Shown here: positions 17,708 to 26,716 of the stretch, piece after piece
Layout: every line of letters starts with the position of its first letter
Numbering within the stretch: position 1 is the first letter of the stretch
Source of the DNA: Patescibacteria group bacterium
GTDB lineage: Bacteria; Patescibacteriota; Microgenomatia; 2-02-FULL-39-11
Reading direction: 5' to 3'
Assembly: GCA_023379265.1 (NCBI GenBank)
Contig: JAMCUI010000004.1
Span: 73,273 to 137,272 of the forward strand
DNA length: 64,000 nucleotides
Translations under genes and position numbers: made by a program
The notes under the pieces: generated by a model
What the model was told of the DNA's origin: nothing
Seen by the model: the letters and a program-made list of their open reading frames with translations, nothing else
Database searches by the model: none

Positions 17708-20314
17708 TCATCTATAATTCTTTATGATCCTGTTTGCCCTGCCAAAAAGCCTATTCATCGCTTCTTCTTCCGAAATCATCCTCTCTTTGGCATATCTCTC
17801 CAAATTCCATCTGTCAACGGTGACGAAAAATGGCCCACCCTGTACTATTTGTCCTTCAAGAGCAGGAATAAATACTATTTCCTGGAGGACATATTCTGTC
17901 TTTAACTTTAGCTGATTCAAAAATTCGCCAAATATTATGATTGACTCGGCCGAATTTGCGGATTGTGCCTCCGCTACCCATTCGTTTCCTTTCGGCAACA
18001 CTTCCCAACAGTTTTCCTTTACCCAATCTATGAGTCGATTAAGTCTGTTTTCTACCTCTCCCACACCTCTCCATTCATTGTAAACATTATCGGAAATAAA
18101 TTTACCGTCGTGAGAAAATGGTAGTTGGGTCATACCGATACCAAGTAAAAACTCATTATTCAGAACTCTGTTCACCAGGTGTCTATGGTAAACCAGTAAG
18201 CTCTGATAGAATTTGTCAATTTGAGGATTGGAACTGTAATAATAATTCTTGGTTCTGTGCCGCTTTGCATCGGCAAGTCCTGTCATGATTTTGATTCCTC
18301 TTTTTATCGCTTTACGGCGGATTTTTTCCTTATCTTCATTTCTATACTGACTCTCCATTATCTGCATCATTTCCGTTTTAACCCTGTTCCTTGCGGCTTT
18401 TGTTGCCAACCTGTCAAATACTTCCGGATCCAAAACTAAACTGCTATCACCATAAACTCTTTCATGCAGCTCAATGACATCACCAGGCTGCAACACCATA
18501 TCCTCCACAATCCTTCCGTTTCTCAATACCACAGGACGGGACAGAAAACGCCCTGACATAACCAGTGCATCTTCGGCAGTTGCACCTTCAGCCAAGTACA
18601 AGTTACTCGGAACGGAATATCCACTCGAACCCACTATGGATACTTTCATCACTTTTCCGGTTTGGAGCTGATCCAAAAAGTCTGAGTAGTCGCCTGACGA
18701 AAGATGTGTTTTAATAGCAGAATATCTTTCTTGAGCATTTTGTCTTTGCCACTCAGGTGTCCCCCTACGGAAAATATCAACTATATCGCCTGAACTGTCA
18801 TAGATAAATGTTGCTAAACTTTTATTATGTCCCCGTACCCTAAGCCTGAAATCGGTCTTTTTTACTCTCTCACCTACTAAGCTCGTCACTTTCCCAGTAC
18901 TGATATTCTGTTCACTTAATGCACCTCTCTCTTCAAGAAATTTTATGAAAGCACGATGAAGATTCCTGTCTCTTATAAAGATATCAACAAATGGTGCAAG
19001 CTGGATTCCCCTATCCATCCTGAATCGGTTTAACTCTGATGCATTAGGATAACGCAAAGCAAATCTCACCGCTGTATTTTCGTCTTTCGTTAACCTTATG
19101 TCCGGCGAAGTTCCTCTTAAAGATGCGAAAAATTCAGCCCTAAACTGCGTCAACTTTTCGGAAATATCCCCTTCCATCCCAACACTGAATTTCTCACGAG
19201 AGAGAAATCTTTTGAATTTACCACTTGCTTTATCCAACACTAGAAACGCAGGATCCTCAATTTGAAGTGCCATCTCATCAAGCCCTAATATCCTTGCAAT
19301 AGGTGCATAAACGTTGCGGGCAAGAAGAGCTTTTTCTTCAGCGCGCTTTTGTCCTCTTCCTGCCACAAGACCGCCAATTGTAGTCATGTTGTCTGCTACA
19401 TCTGCACACTTTACAATTAATGCTCTCACTTCAGACTCTTTTTCAAGTACCGATAGCAATCTCATGAATGTTAGTATCTGCGCTTCTTCCTCCCCGGTAA
19501 CATATTTATTCAGCGCTTCTGATAAAGTGATCACATCACTGCTTTCAAACTTCTCCGCGATATATGGTAACTTCTCAAATTCACTAACTGAAGATGATTT
19601 ATAGTGAGACGAAGTGCCTAGTTCCTTATCCAGTAAAGCAATAAGTTTTTCTATCTCCTCATCCAGACGGAATTGTCTTAAAAAGTCGGTTGCCACGCCG
19701 ACTTCAGTAAGTGACAGATCCTTGGACATTTCCTCTATGCTGTCAGTACTTATTTTGCTAGTTTTTCTACAAGCATTGGCAATATGAATTCCGAATATTT
19801 CCTTTAAGTCTTCATACGTGTATCTTGTATTTTCGATAATGTCATGCAGAAAAGCCACTTGTATAGTCGTTGTGTCAAAACCCACAAGTCTCTCTGCAAC
19901 CCTGGCAAGGTGCATTGCGTAGGGTTGGTGTTTACCGCTGCCATCCGTCTTCAACTCATGTCTGAATCTTTTAGATTCAAACCGCGTATCGGCGCCATGT
20001 GCCCAGATGGCAAAATAGGCTGCAGTACGAATATCCTTTTTTTCTTGAATTGATAACTTTCTAATGGAGGAAGCTTTATCCACTATCTCATTAACCTTTG
20101 TAAGTACATCCTTATCCTCAAGTGCCGAAAGATCTCCTGTGGGTGTAAATGGACTGTCAGGATAATGCTTTTTTGTGGCTTCCAAAAAGGAGACAAAATT
20201 CACAGAATCAAACTGAGACCCCATCAGGTCCAAAAAATCATGATGAGGCCGGTTTAATTCTAGGTCAATTGTCCTTTGAGCACGCCTTGCTTCGCGTTCA
20301 TAACTTTTAGCCAT
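17708..20314 (-). CDS. RelA/SpoT-family protein: HD (ppGpp-hydrolase-type) domain plus TGS-like domain; synthetase motifs not recognisable
   Basis: HD region (AIWAHGAD ... AFLHDIIENT ... KCADVADNMTT ~ LADRLHNMRT) and TGS-like LAEGATAEDAL...NGRIVEDMVLQPGDVIEL. Confidence 0.55.
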   Translation of the reverse strand: MAKSYEREARRAQRTIDLELNRPHHDFLDLMGSQFDSVNFVSFLEATKKHYPDSPFTPTGDLSALEDKDVLTKVNEIVDKASSIRKLSIQEKKDIRTAAYFAIWAHGADTRFESKRFRHELKTDGSGKHQPYAMHLARVAERLVGFDTTTIQVAFLHDIIENTRYTYEDLKEIFGIHIANACRKTSKISTDSIEEMSKDLSLTEVGVATDFLRQFRLDEEIEKLIALLDKELGTSSHYKSSSVSEFEKLPYIAEKFESSDVITLSEALNKYVTGEEEAQILTFMRLLSVLEKESEVRALIVKCADVADNMTTIGGLVAGRGQKRAEEKALLARNVYAPIARILGLDEMALQIEDPAFLVLDKASGKFKRFLSREKFSVGMEGDISEKLTQFRAEFFASLRGTSPDIRLTKDENTAVRFALRYPNASELNRFRMDRGIQLAPFVDIFIRDRNLHRAFIKFLEERGALSEQNISTGKVTSLVGERVKKTDFRLRVRGHNKSLATFIYDSSGDIVDIFRRGTPEWQRQNAQERYSAIKTHLSSGDYSDFLDQLQTGKVMKVSIVGSSGYSVPSNLYLAEGATAEDALVMSGRFLSRPVVLRNGRIVEDMVLQPGDVIELHERVYGDSSLVLDPEVFDRLATKAARNRVKTEMMQIMESQYRNEDKEKIRRKAIKRGIKIMTGLADAKRHRTKNYYYSSNPQIDKFYQSLLVYHRHLVNRVLNNEFLLGIGMTQLPFSHDGKFISDNVYNEWRGVGEVENRLNRLIDWVKENCWEVLPKGNEWVAEAQSANSAESIIIFGEFLNQLKLKTEYVLQEIVFIPALEGQIVQGGPFFVTVDRWNLERYAKERMISEEEAMNRLFGRANRIIKNYR

Positions 20315-20384
20315 AAAAACCTATAGATTATAACTAGAAGGTTATTTGAGGTCAAATCTTTAACCTGGGGTGAATAAATGAGGA

Positions 20385-21869
20385 TTAATAAGCCTGGGCA
20401 AACAGCCAGCGGTACTGTGCGGGTTTTGCACAATATATGCAATTGCCATTTTCTTTTTTGGCATTTAGAGGAAGAACTCTAGTGGTAGCTTTTGTCTCAT
20501 CTTTTATTCTTTTCTCACACTCTTTATTCTGGCACCAGAAAGCCCTGATAAAACCCTTTTTACCTGACATTATTCCCTTGAATTCTTCAAAAGTGGAAAC
20601 GTCGTGCGTATTTTCATCCCTGAACTTTTTCATCTTTTCAAACAGATTCTTCTGTATATCCGTCAATAAGTTTACAATTTCGGATTTGACATTTGCCTGC
20701 CCGCCGGAGAGGCGGGACATTTGAATTTTGAGTTTTGAGTTTATATCTCTCCGGCAAACAGTCAATTCTCCCGCTTCAATCTCTTTGACACCAACTTCAA
20801 TTCTAACCGGTACTCCTTTTAACTCCCATTCGTTGAATTTCCAGCCGACTGTCTTTTCTTCCCTGTCATCCAGAAAAATTTTTATTCCCGCGCCTCTTAA
20901 CTCTTTTTCCAGGCTTCGGCAATACTTCAATACTTTTTCTTCTGATTTTATGGGGACAATAACCACTTGAATAGGCGCAATGGCAGGCGGCAATACCAAT
21001 CCCTGATCGTCCCCGTGAGACATAATAAGAGCCCCGATTACTCTTGTTGTTTCGGCCCAGCTCGTCTGCCAGACATATTGCTGTTTGCCGTTTTTATCCA
21101 AATATTTGATATTGAAAGCTTTGGCAAAATTGTCACCCAGATGATGGGAGGTACCCATCTGTATCGCCCTTCCGTCTGGCATGAGGGACTCCAGTGAATA
21201 AGTAATGGCAGCACCCGGAAATTTCTCACTTTCCGACTTTCTACCGACAATTACCGGTATGGCCAACACTTCCTCATCAAACTTCTCGTAAATTGATAGG
21301 ATTTTCCGGGCAAAATTGTCGGCATCCTCAAAAGTCGCGTGGGCCGTGTGCCCCTCCTGCCATAAAAACTCAGTAGTGCGCAAAAAAAGATAAGTCCTTT
21401 TTTCCCAACGCACCACATTGTTCCAAAGGTTTAAAAGTAAAGGCAAATCCCGCCAACTCTGAATCCAACGGGAGTAAGTATCGTACATTATCGTCTCTGA
21501 GGTTGGCCGCACGACAAGCGGCTCAGACAGTTTTTCTCCACCTCCAACCGTCACGACAGCCAGTTGAGGCGAAAAACCTTCCACGTGCTCCTTCTCGCGC
21601 TTCAGAAACCCGTTGGGTATAAAAAGCGGAAAGTATGCATTTTTTACTCCCAACTCCTTGAATTTCCCGTCAAGATACGACTGTATAAACTCCCAAAGTT
21701 CGTACCCGTAGGGTCGAATTATCATACAGCCCTTTACTGGCGAATAATCTGCCAATTCCCCGCGCAGGATAACATCCGTATACCAGCGGTCCGGATCAAC
21801 CGATTTTTTGATTATCTGTTTTTTTTCAAATTTAGACATATATCCGGATTTACTAGTAAAGTTTTCCAC
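20385..21869 (-). CDS. proS: prolyl-tRNA synthetase, archaeal/eukaryal type
   Basis: Class II motifs, ProRS catalytic core and C-terminal zinc-binding domain ending ...CIYCAKPAQYRWLFAQAY. Confidence 0.9.
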   Translation of the reverse strand: MENFTSKSGYMSKFEKKQIIKKSVDPDRWYTDVILRGELADYSPVKGCMIIRPYGYELWEFIQSYLDGKFKELGVKNAYFPLFIPNGFLKREKEHVEGFSPQLAVVTVGGGEKLSEPLVVRPTSETIMYDTYSRWIQSWRDLPLLLNLWNNVVRWEKRTYLFLRTTEFLWQEGHTAHATFEDADNFARKILSIYEKFDEEVLAIPVIVGRKSESEKFPGAAITYSLESLMPDGRAIQMGTSHHLGDNFAKAFNIKYLDKNGKQQYVWQTSWAETTRVIGALIMSHGDDQGLVLPPAIAPIQVVIVPIKSEEKVLKYCRSLEKELRGAGIKIFLDDREEKTVGWKFNEWELKGVPVRIEVGVKEIEAGELTVCRRDINSKLKIQMSRLSGGQANVKSEIVNLLTDIQKNLFEKMKKFRDENTHDVSTFEEFKGIMSGKKGFIRAFWCQNKECEKRIKDETKATTRVLPLNAKKENGNCIYCAKPAQYRWLFAQAY

Positions 21870-22188
21870 CTATAATTGCTTCTTCATTATCAGGAACGAC
21901 TAATACACACTCATGATTCTCATCCGGCACCCCAAGCGTCAAGACTTCCGACATGAAAGGCCCGATTTGTCTTGGCGGGAAATTTACCACTCCCAAAACT
22001 TTCTTGCCCTTCAAATCTTCTTTTTTATAATACTTTACCAGCTGGGCGCTTGATCTCTTTACGCCAATTTCCGCTCCAAAATCTATGGTCAATTTGTATG
22101 ATGGTTTTCAAGCCTGTGGAAAATCCTCCACATCGATAATTTTCCCGACCCTTATATCCAGTTTCGCAAAATCATCATAAGTCGCCAT
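21853..22188 (-). CDS. CsaA/Trbp111-like tRNA-binding domain protein, interrupted by an in-frame TGA (revcomp of 22108-22110). Possible pseudogene, sequencing error or recoding.
   Basis: AAGGAG SD + ATG at 22188, then MATYDDFAKLDIRVGKIIDVEDFPQA-[TGA]-KPSYKLTIDFGAEIGVKRSSAQLV...; both halves match the Myf/EMAP tRNA-binding fold. Confidence 0.6.
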
Positions 22189-22230
22189 AAGAAACTCCTT
22201 TAGGATAACATTACTTCATTTATAAAACAA

Positions 22231-23070
22231 TTAACGCTGATCCTTCTCCAGCTCTTTTGTTACTTTTCCCATTTTAGCAAGGCCAAGATCAATGCTTGAT
22301 TTCAGAATTTTACGGAAGTTTTTCTTCTCCAGATTATTAATTATCTCTTCGGTAATTCCACCTTTTGTAGCGACTGCCGTCACTAATTCCTGGGGAGACT
22401 GGTTTGTTTGTTTCAATTGATAAAGGGTTCCCCAAAAAGTTTCCATTGCGATTTTCCCCGGCATTTCAGTACCAAAACCATAAGACTTGGCGACATCTTT
22501 TACCGCGTCGATAAAATACGCCACATATCCTGTTCCGCAACCCGTTATTACATTCAACCTGTTCATTTCTTCTTCATTTTTACATTTGACGACTATACCC
22601 AAAGGCGAAAAAATAGACCCGACAATTTCATTATCTTTTTTATTCAGTTGGCCGTTATCCGTATAAGCCACAACACCTTTACCAAACGCGATCGGTATGT
22701 TTGGTAAAACCCTGACAATTTTCCACATTTTGCCCAAAAAATACCTGTTGAGAAGTCCAAATGTTACTCCGGCCGCAACAGATATAATTATGGCATTTCT
22801 CCCCAGATCGCCTTTAATCTCCTTGGCAACTTGATTTACTACATTGGGGCGGACGCAAATAAAAATAATGTCTGCTGATTTTGCCGCCTGGCGATTATCA
22901 CTTGTAACCCTGACGCCATACTTTTTCCCTAAATCCGAAAACTTCTCAGGATGTGGACCTGAGAGTGTGATGGCTTTCGGATCAACTTTTCCTCCCCGGC
23001 AGAGACCCGCAACAAACGCATGTGCTATATGCCCTGCCCCGATTATGGCGATTTTCTTTTTGTTTAACAT
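22231..23070 (-). CDS. proC: pyrroline-5-carboxylate reductase
   Basis: N-terminal Rossmann IAIIGAGHIAHAFVAGL and P5CR dimerisation-domain pattern; adjacent to proA/proB. Confidence 0.85.
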   Translation of the reverse strand: MLNKKKIAIIGAGHIAHAFVAGLCRGGKVDPKAITLSGPHPEKFSDLGKKYGVRVTSDNRQAAKSADIIFICVRPNVVNQVAKEIKGDLGRNAIIISVAAGVTFGLLNRYFLGKMWKIVRVLPNIPIAFGKGVVAYTDNGQLNKKDNEIVGSIFSPLGIVVKCKNEEEMNRLNVITGCGTGYVAYFIDAVKDVAKSYGFGTEMPGKIAMETFWGTLYQLKQTNQSPQELVTAVATKGGITEEIINNLEKKNFRKILKSSIDLGLAKMGKVTKELEKDQR

Positions 23071-23071
23071 T

Positions 23072-24310
23072 CTACTCTCTCACCTGGCCACTGCCAGACG
23101 CAATCCATTTATAAGTAGTCAATTCATTAAGTCCAACTGGTCCCCTTGCGTGCAGTTTTCCTGTAGCAATACCCATCTCAGTCCCCATACCAAAAATTCC
23201 CCCATCATGAAGACGCGTCGAACAGTTGACAAAAATTGCCGCACAATCAACAGACTTACTAAAAAAGTTTACTACGTTTTGGTCACCCGCAATAATCCCT
23301 TCTGTATGACGTTTGGTATATTTACTCACAAATCTTACGGCTTCTTCAATACCCTCTACTACTTTTATGCCTATTTCCAGATCCAAAAATTCCCTGCCCC
23401 ATGTGTCTTTATCCGCTCTTTTGGCACCGGCAAAATCACAGACGGCTTCATCCCCGAAAACTTCGACTCCAATAGAACTTAATCCTTTTACTATAGAGGG
23501 TACAAACTGCTTTGCGATTTTTTCATCAACCAAAACTGTATCGACCGAATTGCATGCTGCCGGTTTACTTATCTTGGCGTTTAAGATAATTTTCTCACCC
23601 ATTTTCAAGTCAGCAGTTCTGTCCACATAAATTCTGGCTCCACCCGCGGAATGTGCAAGGACCGGGATTTTAGATTTTTCCTGTATATCTTTCACCATCT
23701 TATAGCCACCGCGGGCAACAACAAGATCAATATAGTTTGTTTTCCTCAATAAACTGTAAACATTCTTTCTCTTAATTTCCGGTAAGAACGAGATAGTCTC
23801 AACGGGATATCCTGTTTCGCCCAGTGATTCAAAAATGCATTTATACAAAGCTGAATTAGTATGCAGCGCTTCACTTCCGCCCTTCAGGATAGCACAATTA
23901 CCTGACTTTATACAAAGAGCTGCCACGTCAACTGTCACCTCGGGCCTGGCTTCATAGATGACAAAAATCACTCCTATCGGCACCCTGACTTTTTGCAGTA
24001 AGACGCCGTTTTCCAGTTTTCTTTTTTCCATCACTTCTCCCAACCCGTTTTTAAGCTTCATTGTCCTATTTATTGACTCAATTACTCCATCCACGCCATG
24101 ATTGCCCACTTTCAATCTCTGTGTAAAAGCCCGTGACAGATTTTTCTCCTTTGCTCTCCTAACATCCAAAACATTTGCCTCTATAATTTTCTTCCTTGAA
24201 GAATGAATTTTTGCCGCGAGAATATTCAAAAAATTATCCGCTTCTTTTTCTCCTTTTTGGGATAAACATGATGCTTCCCTGATTTTTTTCAGTTTAGAAT
24301 CTTCAATCAT
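23072..24310 (-). CDS. proA: gamma-glutamyl phosphate reductase
   Basis: 412 aa aldehyde-dehydrogenase-fold protein with ProA-like catalytic Cys region; in proBAC context. Confidence 0.85.
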   Translation of the reverse strand: MIEDSKLKKIREASCLSQKGEKEADNFLNILAAKIHSSRKKIIEANVLDVRRAKEKNLSRAFTQRLKVGNHGVDGVIESINRTMKLKNGLGEVMEKRKLENGVLLQKVRVPIGVIFVIYEARPEVTVDVAALCIKSGNCAILKGGSEALHTNSALYKCIFESLGETGYPVETISFLPEIKRKNVYSLLRKTNYIDLVVARGGYKMVKDIQEKSKIPVLAHSAGGARIYVDRTADLKMGEKIILNAKISKPAACNSVDTVLVDEKIAKQFVPSIVKGLSSIGVEVFGDEAVCDFAGAKRADKDTWGREFLDLEIGIKVVEGIEEAVRFVSKYTKRHTEGIIAGDQNVVNFFSKSVDCAAIFVNCSTRLHDGGIFGMGTEMGIATGKLHARGPVGLNELTTYKWIASGSGQVRE

Positions 24311-24332
24311 ATTTTATCTATAAAATTTCTGC

Positions 24333-25031
24333 TTAAGACAGAATACTCCTTAGGATAATATTTTTCTCTCTGCCGTCTAATATGCACGTTTTAATTCCGC
24401 GCTCAATCAGGCTGTTTTTTACTGTTTCTTTTGCTTCTCCTCCTCCCACTCCAAACAATGAACCTTCCCATGAAGAAAGGATCAAAAGCCTGCTTTTGCC
24501 AAAAAGTTTTGCAATCTCTCCGGCCAGAAAATCGTTGCCCCCAAAACTGTTCAAGTCTAAAACATCATTTTCGTTTAATACCGGAACCACCCCGTTTTGC
24601 ATATATAGTCTTAATACTTTCCTTATATTCCCGCGCATAGCCGCATACTTAAAATCATATTTTGTCATCAATATCTGGGCAATCCTTACACCTCTCCTGC
24701 GCGCTAACTTGGCTAGAATCTGCATCATTTCCACCTGTCCGACTCCTGCGGCCGCCTGTTTACTCATCTTATCACTCTGTCCGACTCCTGCGGCCGCCTG
24801 TTTACTCATCTTATCACTCTCAACCTGCTTCTGAAAAAAGACTCTCATCCCGCAACCTACCGCTCCGGACAATACCAAAATTGGCGCAAACCCTTCTTGC
24901 CTCAGCTTGACCAGTTGGTCAACTATATGACTCAACCGTCTCCCGCAGAGCTTCCCTTTACCCTCAATAATTACCGAACTGCCGATTTTTACCACAATTA
25001 TTTTTCTTTCCATAAAAAAAGCCCTCTCCAC
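24333..25031 (-). CDS. proB: glutamate 5-kinase (short form, no PUA domain); contains in-frame 14-aa tandem duplication
   Basis: Amino-acid kinase N-terminus IVVKIGSSVI; duplicated SDKMSKQAAAGVGQ. Confidence 0.8.
   Translation of the reverse strand: MERAFFMERKIIVVKIGSSVIIEGKGKLCGRRLSHIVDQLVKLRQEGFAPILVLSGAVGCGMRVFFQKQVESDKMSKQAAAGVGQSDKMSKQAAAGVGQVEMMQILAKLARRRGVRIAQILMTKYDFKYAAMRGNIRKVLRLYMQNGVVPVLNENDVLDLNSFGGNDFLAGEIAKLFGKSRLLILSSWEGSLFGVGGGEAKETVKNSLIERGIKTCILDGREKNIILRSILS
24736..24819. repeat. 42-bp perfect tandem duplication inside proB
   Basis: ctgtccgactcctgcggccgcctgtttactcatcttatcact x 2. Confidence 0.9.
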
Positions 25032-25144
25032 CGATATAAATCGGTCTCAAGGACTCTTCGCAAACCAGAGTAAACTTAAAATTTCCGTTTACCCTGAGCT
25101 CTTTTAAAAAGAGCGAAGGGTGGTACCACCTTGTTTCACTTTAC

Positions 25145-25180
25145 AAAAAAGCACACTACCAGTTAGTGTGCGTCTTTTTA
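25145..25180. terminator. Bidirectional rho-independent terminator (stem gcacact/agtgtgc, loop accagtt) flanked by A6 upstream and T-run downstream
   Basis: Read directly. Confidence 0.6.
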
Positions 25181-25475
25181 TAAAACCTCATTTAGTGCTC
25201 CTTCCCGCTCTAGCGGGATGACACACCTGCTTTTATTTTTACGGTCAAGCTTCCGTATTGCTCCTATCCTGAGTATTACCGGAGGATTTCGCAATCAGCT
25301 CTTCCGGCGGGAAACCGGAATAACAGCGCTTTTATTTAATTAACTTATTATATTATCAACCCAAATCAATGTCAATAAGTAACAAATAACATTACTTTTA
25401 AAATAACGCACTTACAAAACCTTCCACCCTTGCGATTAAGAATATTTTCACTGCAAGCAGCTTCTGGCTAAAGCT

Positions 25476-26564
25476 TTATTTCGCAAAAATCCTGACGAGG
25501 TCGTTTATGGTCACCAAAACCATCAGCAGCAAAAGTATAACCATCCCTACCTGGTGGATATAACGCTCCCAGTTGGTCTTGATCTTTTTACCCGTTACCG
25601 CCTCAACGACCACAAAAAGCAGTCTTCCTCCATCAAGCGCTGGAAATGGCAAAATATTTACTATAGCCAAATTAAGAGAAAGAAGCCCGAGAAGTTCCAA
25701 AACAGCACTTTCCCCTGTCTTTACGGCCTGACCGGTCATCTGGGCAATACCTATTGGACCGGCCACATCCTTTGAAACCGGCTGGAAAGAAATAAGTTTC
25801 CAGATGGTCGTCCCTATTCCTTTTAGGAGTTCTCCGGTCAAGGCTATCGACTCTTTTGTACCCAGAACCGGCGCCTGCCACAGTGGATATTTTTTCTCCT
25901 CATAATTTGAGATTACAATTCCCATAGGCCCCTGGTCTTTGGGATAAACTTTTCTGGGAATAATAAATAATTGCAGTGTACTTGCTCCGCGAAGTACCGT
26001 CAAATCAATCTTTTCACCGGCATGATCTCTTGTAAATTTGATAAGGTCGTCACTGGATTTTAGAGCCATTCCGTTATTGCCCCAACTCACACTTTTTATG
26101 ACATCATTTTTCTGCAAACCGGCCTGTGCGGCAGGAGAATTTGACATGACATTTTCTATATGTATCCGGTTTGTCGGAACCATCACTCCCTGTGTAAAAA
26201 GGTAGGAAATTACAACTATTGCCAAAACAAAATTCATCGCTACTCCGGCAACAAGTACTATCGCCCTTTGCCAAACCGGCCGGGTATAAAAAGCCCTTTT
26301 TTGTACCTCACTGCTTTTTGGATTTTTCCCGGCTATATCTGTATCCCCTTCCTCGCCAAACAGTTTGACAAAGCCGCCGATGGGCAACCAGTTGATAGAA
26401 TAGATTGTCTCACCCCTTTTAATTCCGAACATTCTAGGCGGCAACCCGAAACCGAATTCCTCTACCTTTATACCCATTTTTTTGGCCGCGGTGAAATGGC
26501 CAAACTCATGAACAAGAACCAGTACAGAAAGTATGAGAAGAAAAACTATCACTGTCACCAACAT
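25476..26564 (-). CDS. rseP: RIP zinc metalloprotease RseP (site-2 protease, M50)
   Basis: HEFGH zinc motif in first TM helix, PDZ-like middle, LDGG motif near C-terminus. Confidence 0.85.
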   Translation of the reverse strand: MLVTVIVFLLILSVLVLVHEFGHFTAAKKMGIKVEEFGFGLPPRMFGIKRGETIYSINWLPIGGFVKLFGEEGDTDIAGKNPKSSEVQKRAFYTRPVWQRAIVLVAGVAMNFVLAIVVISYLFTQGVMVPTNRIHIENVMSNSPAAQAGLQKNDVIKSVSWGNNGMALKSSDDLIKFTRDHAGEKIDLTVLRGASTLQLFIIPRKVYPKDQGPMGIVISNYEEKKYPLWQAPVLGTKESIALTGELLKGIGTTIWKLISFQPVSKDVAGPIGIAQMTGQAVKTGESAVLELLGLLSLNLAIVNILPFPALDGGRLLFVVVEAVTGKKIKTNWERYIHQVGMVILLLLMVLVTINDLVRIFAK

Positions 26565-26716
26565 AAACTTTATTGTAGATTACCCAACTTTGTAATTCAA
26601 CAGTAAAAAGGACTATAATAATACAAACTGATAACGCACTCACAAAATCTCCCATCCTTGCGAGAAAGAAAATTTTTACTGTAAACATTTGGTCTTATTT
26701 TTTAATTATTTACAAC

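Noticed and set aside
21853-22188. Genome-wide UGA reassignment (genetic code 25, UGA=Gly) as the explanation for the in-frame TGA
   Set aside because: All other conserved genes in the window (CysS, ProS, AhcY, the 868-aa RSH-like protein and others) are uninterrupted under the standard code and end at positions consistent with homolog lengths. Homologs have Arg/Lys, not Gly, at this site.
25040-25475. Assigning the intergenic structured region to tmRNA, RNase P RNA or SRP RNA
   Set aside because: Could not find the diagnostic motifs (tmRNA T-arm/CCA end, the P4 AGGAAAGUCCGG motif, the SRP domain IV GGAA/AGCAG motifs) by eye. Left as an unclassified candidate.
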